This document shows, one piece after another, positions 62,049 to 64,000 of a stretch of DNA of 64,000 nucleotides; the first letter of the stretch is position 1; every line of letters begins with the position of its first letter. Made by a program: the position numbers and the translations under genes. Location: NCBI GenBank assembly GCA_963785035.1, contig CAWATG010000011.1, positions 382,553 to 446,552 of the forward strand. The letters are read 5' to 3'. The notes beneath the pieces are model-generated. The model did no database searches. It was not told the origin of the DNA and saw only the letters and a list, made by a program, of their open reading frames with translations. Origin of the DNA: an uncultured Acidimicrobiia bacterium (lineage in GTDB: Bacteria; Actinomycetota; Acidimicrobiia; IMCC26256; CAWATG01).

Positions 62049-62555
62049 ATGGCACGAAGATTCCGATCCAACCGTGACGGGCTCCTGGTCAGGCTCCACG
62101 AAGACGAGCTCGAACTGCTCCGGCGTATGCCAGAGGAGCTGCGTGAGCTGCTGGCGAGCAGGGGTGCCGATGCGGATGACGCGATCACGGCCCGCCTGTT
62201 TCCCCGCGCATATCTGGACCCGACCGAGGAGGCAGCCGAACAGGTCTGGAGCGAGATTGTCGTTCCGGACCTTTTGAAGGATCGTCTCGCGGCATTGGAG
62301 CTGGTGACTGCGACGCTGCAGCGTGCACGGCCGGCCAAACGCGAGATGTTCGACGTCGTGCTCAATGACGACGAGGTCAGCGCGTGGCTGGGCGTGCTCA
62401 ACGACCTTCGTCTCGCGTTGGGCTCTCGCCTCGGAATCGCTGAGGACACCGACTACACCAACCTGGATCCCGAGGATCCGGCGACCCCGGCTCTGCGAAT
62501 CTACGCATGGTTGACCTGGTTCCAGGGGGACCTGGTCGAGACGCTCCTGCGCTGA
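62049..62555 (+). CDS. DUF2017 family protein
   Basis: RLFPRAY, WLGVLNDLRLALG, YAWLT; follows clpS as in other actinobacteria. Confidence 0.85.
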   Translation: MARRFRSNRDGLLVRLHEDELELLRRMPEELRELLASRGADADDAITARLFPRAYLDPTEEAAEQVWSEIVVPDLLKDRLAALELVTATLQRARPAKREMFDVVLNDDEVSAWLGVLNDLRLALGSRLGIAEDTDYTNLDPEDPATPALRIYAWLTWFQGDLVETLLR

Positions 62556-62683
62556 TCAGCGCAGTGGCGCCGTCCGTGACGGCTGGCCTGCGGCGCCTTC
62601 TCCAGATGGAGCTCTCGGTCGTGACTTGGCTAGGGTCTCGGGCGGTTCGACACCAAGATCAGACAGATGACGGAGGCGACACG

Positions 62684-63583
62684 GTGGGATATCTCGACGG
62701 AAAAGCCATCGCGGTGACGGGTTCGGGTCGGGGAATCGGCCGTGCCGTTGCGATGGCATGCGCGGCGGAAGGCGCCTCAGTGGTCGTCAACGACTACGGG
62801 GTGGCAATGGACGGCAGCGAGCCGACCAGCGAGATCGCGAACGAGGTCGTTGCAGAGATCAAGGCTGCCGGCGGCAACGCGGTGGCCAACGCCAACTCCG
62901 TGACCACCATGGAGGGCGGTGCGTCGATCGTTCAGAGCGCCATTGACGCGTTCGGTCGCATCGACGGTGTGGTGTGTGTCGCCGGAATCCTGCGCGAGCG
63001 GATGCTGTTCAACATGACCGAGGCCGAATGGGATCCGGTTATCGAAACGCACCTCAAGGGTACCTTCACCGTTTTCAGGGCGGCTGCGCCGATCTTCCGG
63101 GAGCAGAAGTCGGGCACGTTCATCGGATTCACCTCGGGCGCGTTCGCCGCGTCGGTGGCGCAGGCCAACTACTCGGCTGCCAAGGGTGGAATCGTGTCGC
63201 TGGTTCGCAGCGCAGCTGCGGGCATGTACAAGTACGGCGCCACGGCAAACTGCATCGCCCCGGTAGCCAAGAGCCGAATGTCTGGCCAGGTGCCGTTCGG
63301 TCTCGAGATGGGCGAGCCCGAAGATGTCGCGCCGCTGGTTGTGTACCTGTTGGGCGAGCACGCCCGTCAGATCACCGGCCAGGTCTACACCGCGAACGGC
63401 GGCAAGGTTGCGGTCTACAACCAGCCGGTCGAGGTCCGCGAGATGCACAAGGACGGTCGCTGGACACCTCAGGAGCTCGAAACCCGCCTGCTGACCGAGG
63501 TCGGCCAGGAGCCGATGCCGATCCTGGCGATGCTCGCTGCGCGTGAGGCGGCCGCCAAGGAAGGCACCAAGCCCAACGCCTGA
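62684..63583 (+). CDS. SDR family oxidoreductase
   Basis: VTGSGRGIG, VVVND, AGILR, NYSAAK; RBS GGAGG. Confidence 0.92.
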   Translation: MGYLDGKAIAVTGSGRGIGRAVAMACAAEGASVVVNDYGVAMDGSEPTSEIANEVVAEIKAAGGNAVANANSVTTMEGGASIVQSAIDAFGRIDGVVCVAGILRERMLFNMTEAEWDPVIETHLKGTFTVFRAAAPIFREQKSGTFIGFTSGAFAASVAQANYSAAKGGIVSLVRSAAAGMYKYGATANCIAPVAKSRMSGQVPFGLEMGEPEDVAPLVVYLLGEHARQITGQVYTANGGKVAVYNQPVEVREMHKDGRWTPQELETRLLTEVGQEPMPILAMLAAREAAAKEGTKPNA

Positions 63584-63626
63584 CAGTGTCGGTAACGACC
63601 GCAATCGCGGTCTAGACTGACTTCAG

Positions 63627-63657
63627 CCGTCAAAGGGATCCCGTGAGGTCCCTACGG
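63627..63657 (+). promoter_or_regulatory. PyrR-binding RNA stem-loop overlapping the pyrR RBS
   Basis: CCGT-CAAAGGGATCCCGTGAGGTCCCT-ACGG resembles the PyrR binding-loop pattern (UCC-NGNGAGG); GGAGGAG overlaps the 3' arm; TAGACT -10 hexamer at 63613. Confidence 0.75.
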
Positions 63658-63667
63658 AGGAGCAACG

Positions 63668-64000
63668 ATGGGTAACCCGAACGCGGGCGTCTCGCCCGCG
63701 GTGCAGCCGCCTGTAACGGATGTGCCGCCTGTGCCGGTCGTGCGTTCCTCCGTGGTCGAACCGCCTGCTCGACAAGTAGGCAAACAAGTAGGCGAAGTAG
63801 ACGACGAAATCGACGTTGCAGTGCCCCCTTCTGGGGGCATTGCACTTTCCAGACGGGCTGTGGTGTTCACCGCGCCTGACCTGCGTCGTGCGATCTCGCG
63901 GATCGCCCATGAAATCGTCGAGCGCAATCGTGGCGCGGGCGATCTCGTGCTTGCAGGCTTGTACACACGAGGTGTTGCGATCGCCGGGCGACTTGCGGCC
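63668..64000 (+). CDS. pyrR: Pyrimidine operon regulator/uracil phosphoribosyltransferase (3' truncated; start uncertain)
   Basis: Own translation: DLRRAISRIAHEIVERNRGAGDLVLAGLYTRGV; ATG 63668 is in frame. Confidence 0.9.
   Translation, partial: MGNPNAGVSPAVQPPVTDVPPVPVVRSSVVEPPARQVGKQVGEVDDEIDVAVPPSGGIALSRRAVVFTAPDLRRAISRIAHEIVERNRGAGDLVLAGLYTRGVAIAGRLAA

Noticed and set aside
407-63604. Many long antisense and alternative-frame ORFs in the track (e.g. 407..1555, 3075..4373, 37771..39084)
   Set aside because: Shadow ORFs expected at high GC opposite well-supported genes; no recognisable motifs.

Overview
GC-rich actinobacterial chromosome segment; gene content and synteny suggest class Acidimicrobiia. 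The backbone is conserved housekeeping synteny: dnaE, npdG, mshC, thrS-HIT, EF-G2, pgsA-patA-pimA, pdxST-yebC-ruvCAB-yajC-secDF-relA, hisS-aspS-rarA-alaS-ruvX-mltG-aroE, aroC-aroKB-aroQ-pepP-efp-nusB-clpS, pyrR. About 16 one- or two-base frameshifts, many in essential genes, indicate an unpolished long-read sequence rather than true pseudogenes. The main accessory system is a monoderm type IVa pilus split over two loci: three minor pilins/adhesins (29.0-32.8 kb) and DUF4388-pilB-pilT-pilC-[CLC-F]-pilA-pilD-HTH-pilMN-pilO-pilP-like (43.2-56.2 kb). It has several unusual traits: five sigma-28 (FliA/WhiG)-like promoters in front of pilus genes in both loci; a PilT retraction ATPase fused to an MshEN/T2SSE_N domain; a PilB with a duplicated N-domain; a DUF4388 (PATAN-like) gene; a structured ~140-nt pilA leader; and an excisionase/BldC-like HTH gene preceded by phased repeats. 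Also present is a coxS-coxM-mocA-coxG cassette without a large subunit. No rRNA, tRNA, CRISPR array or mobile element was recognised.
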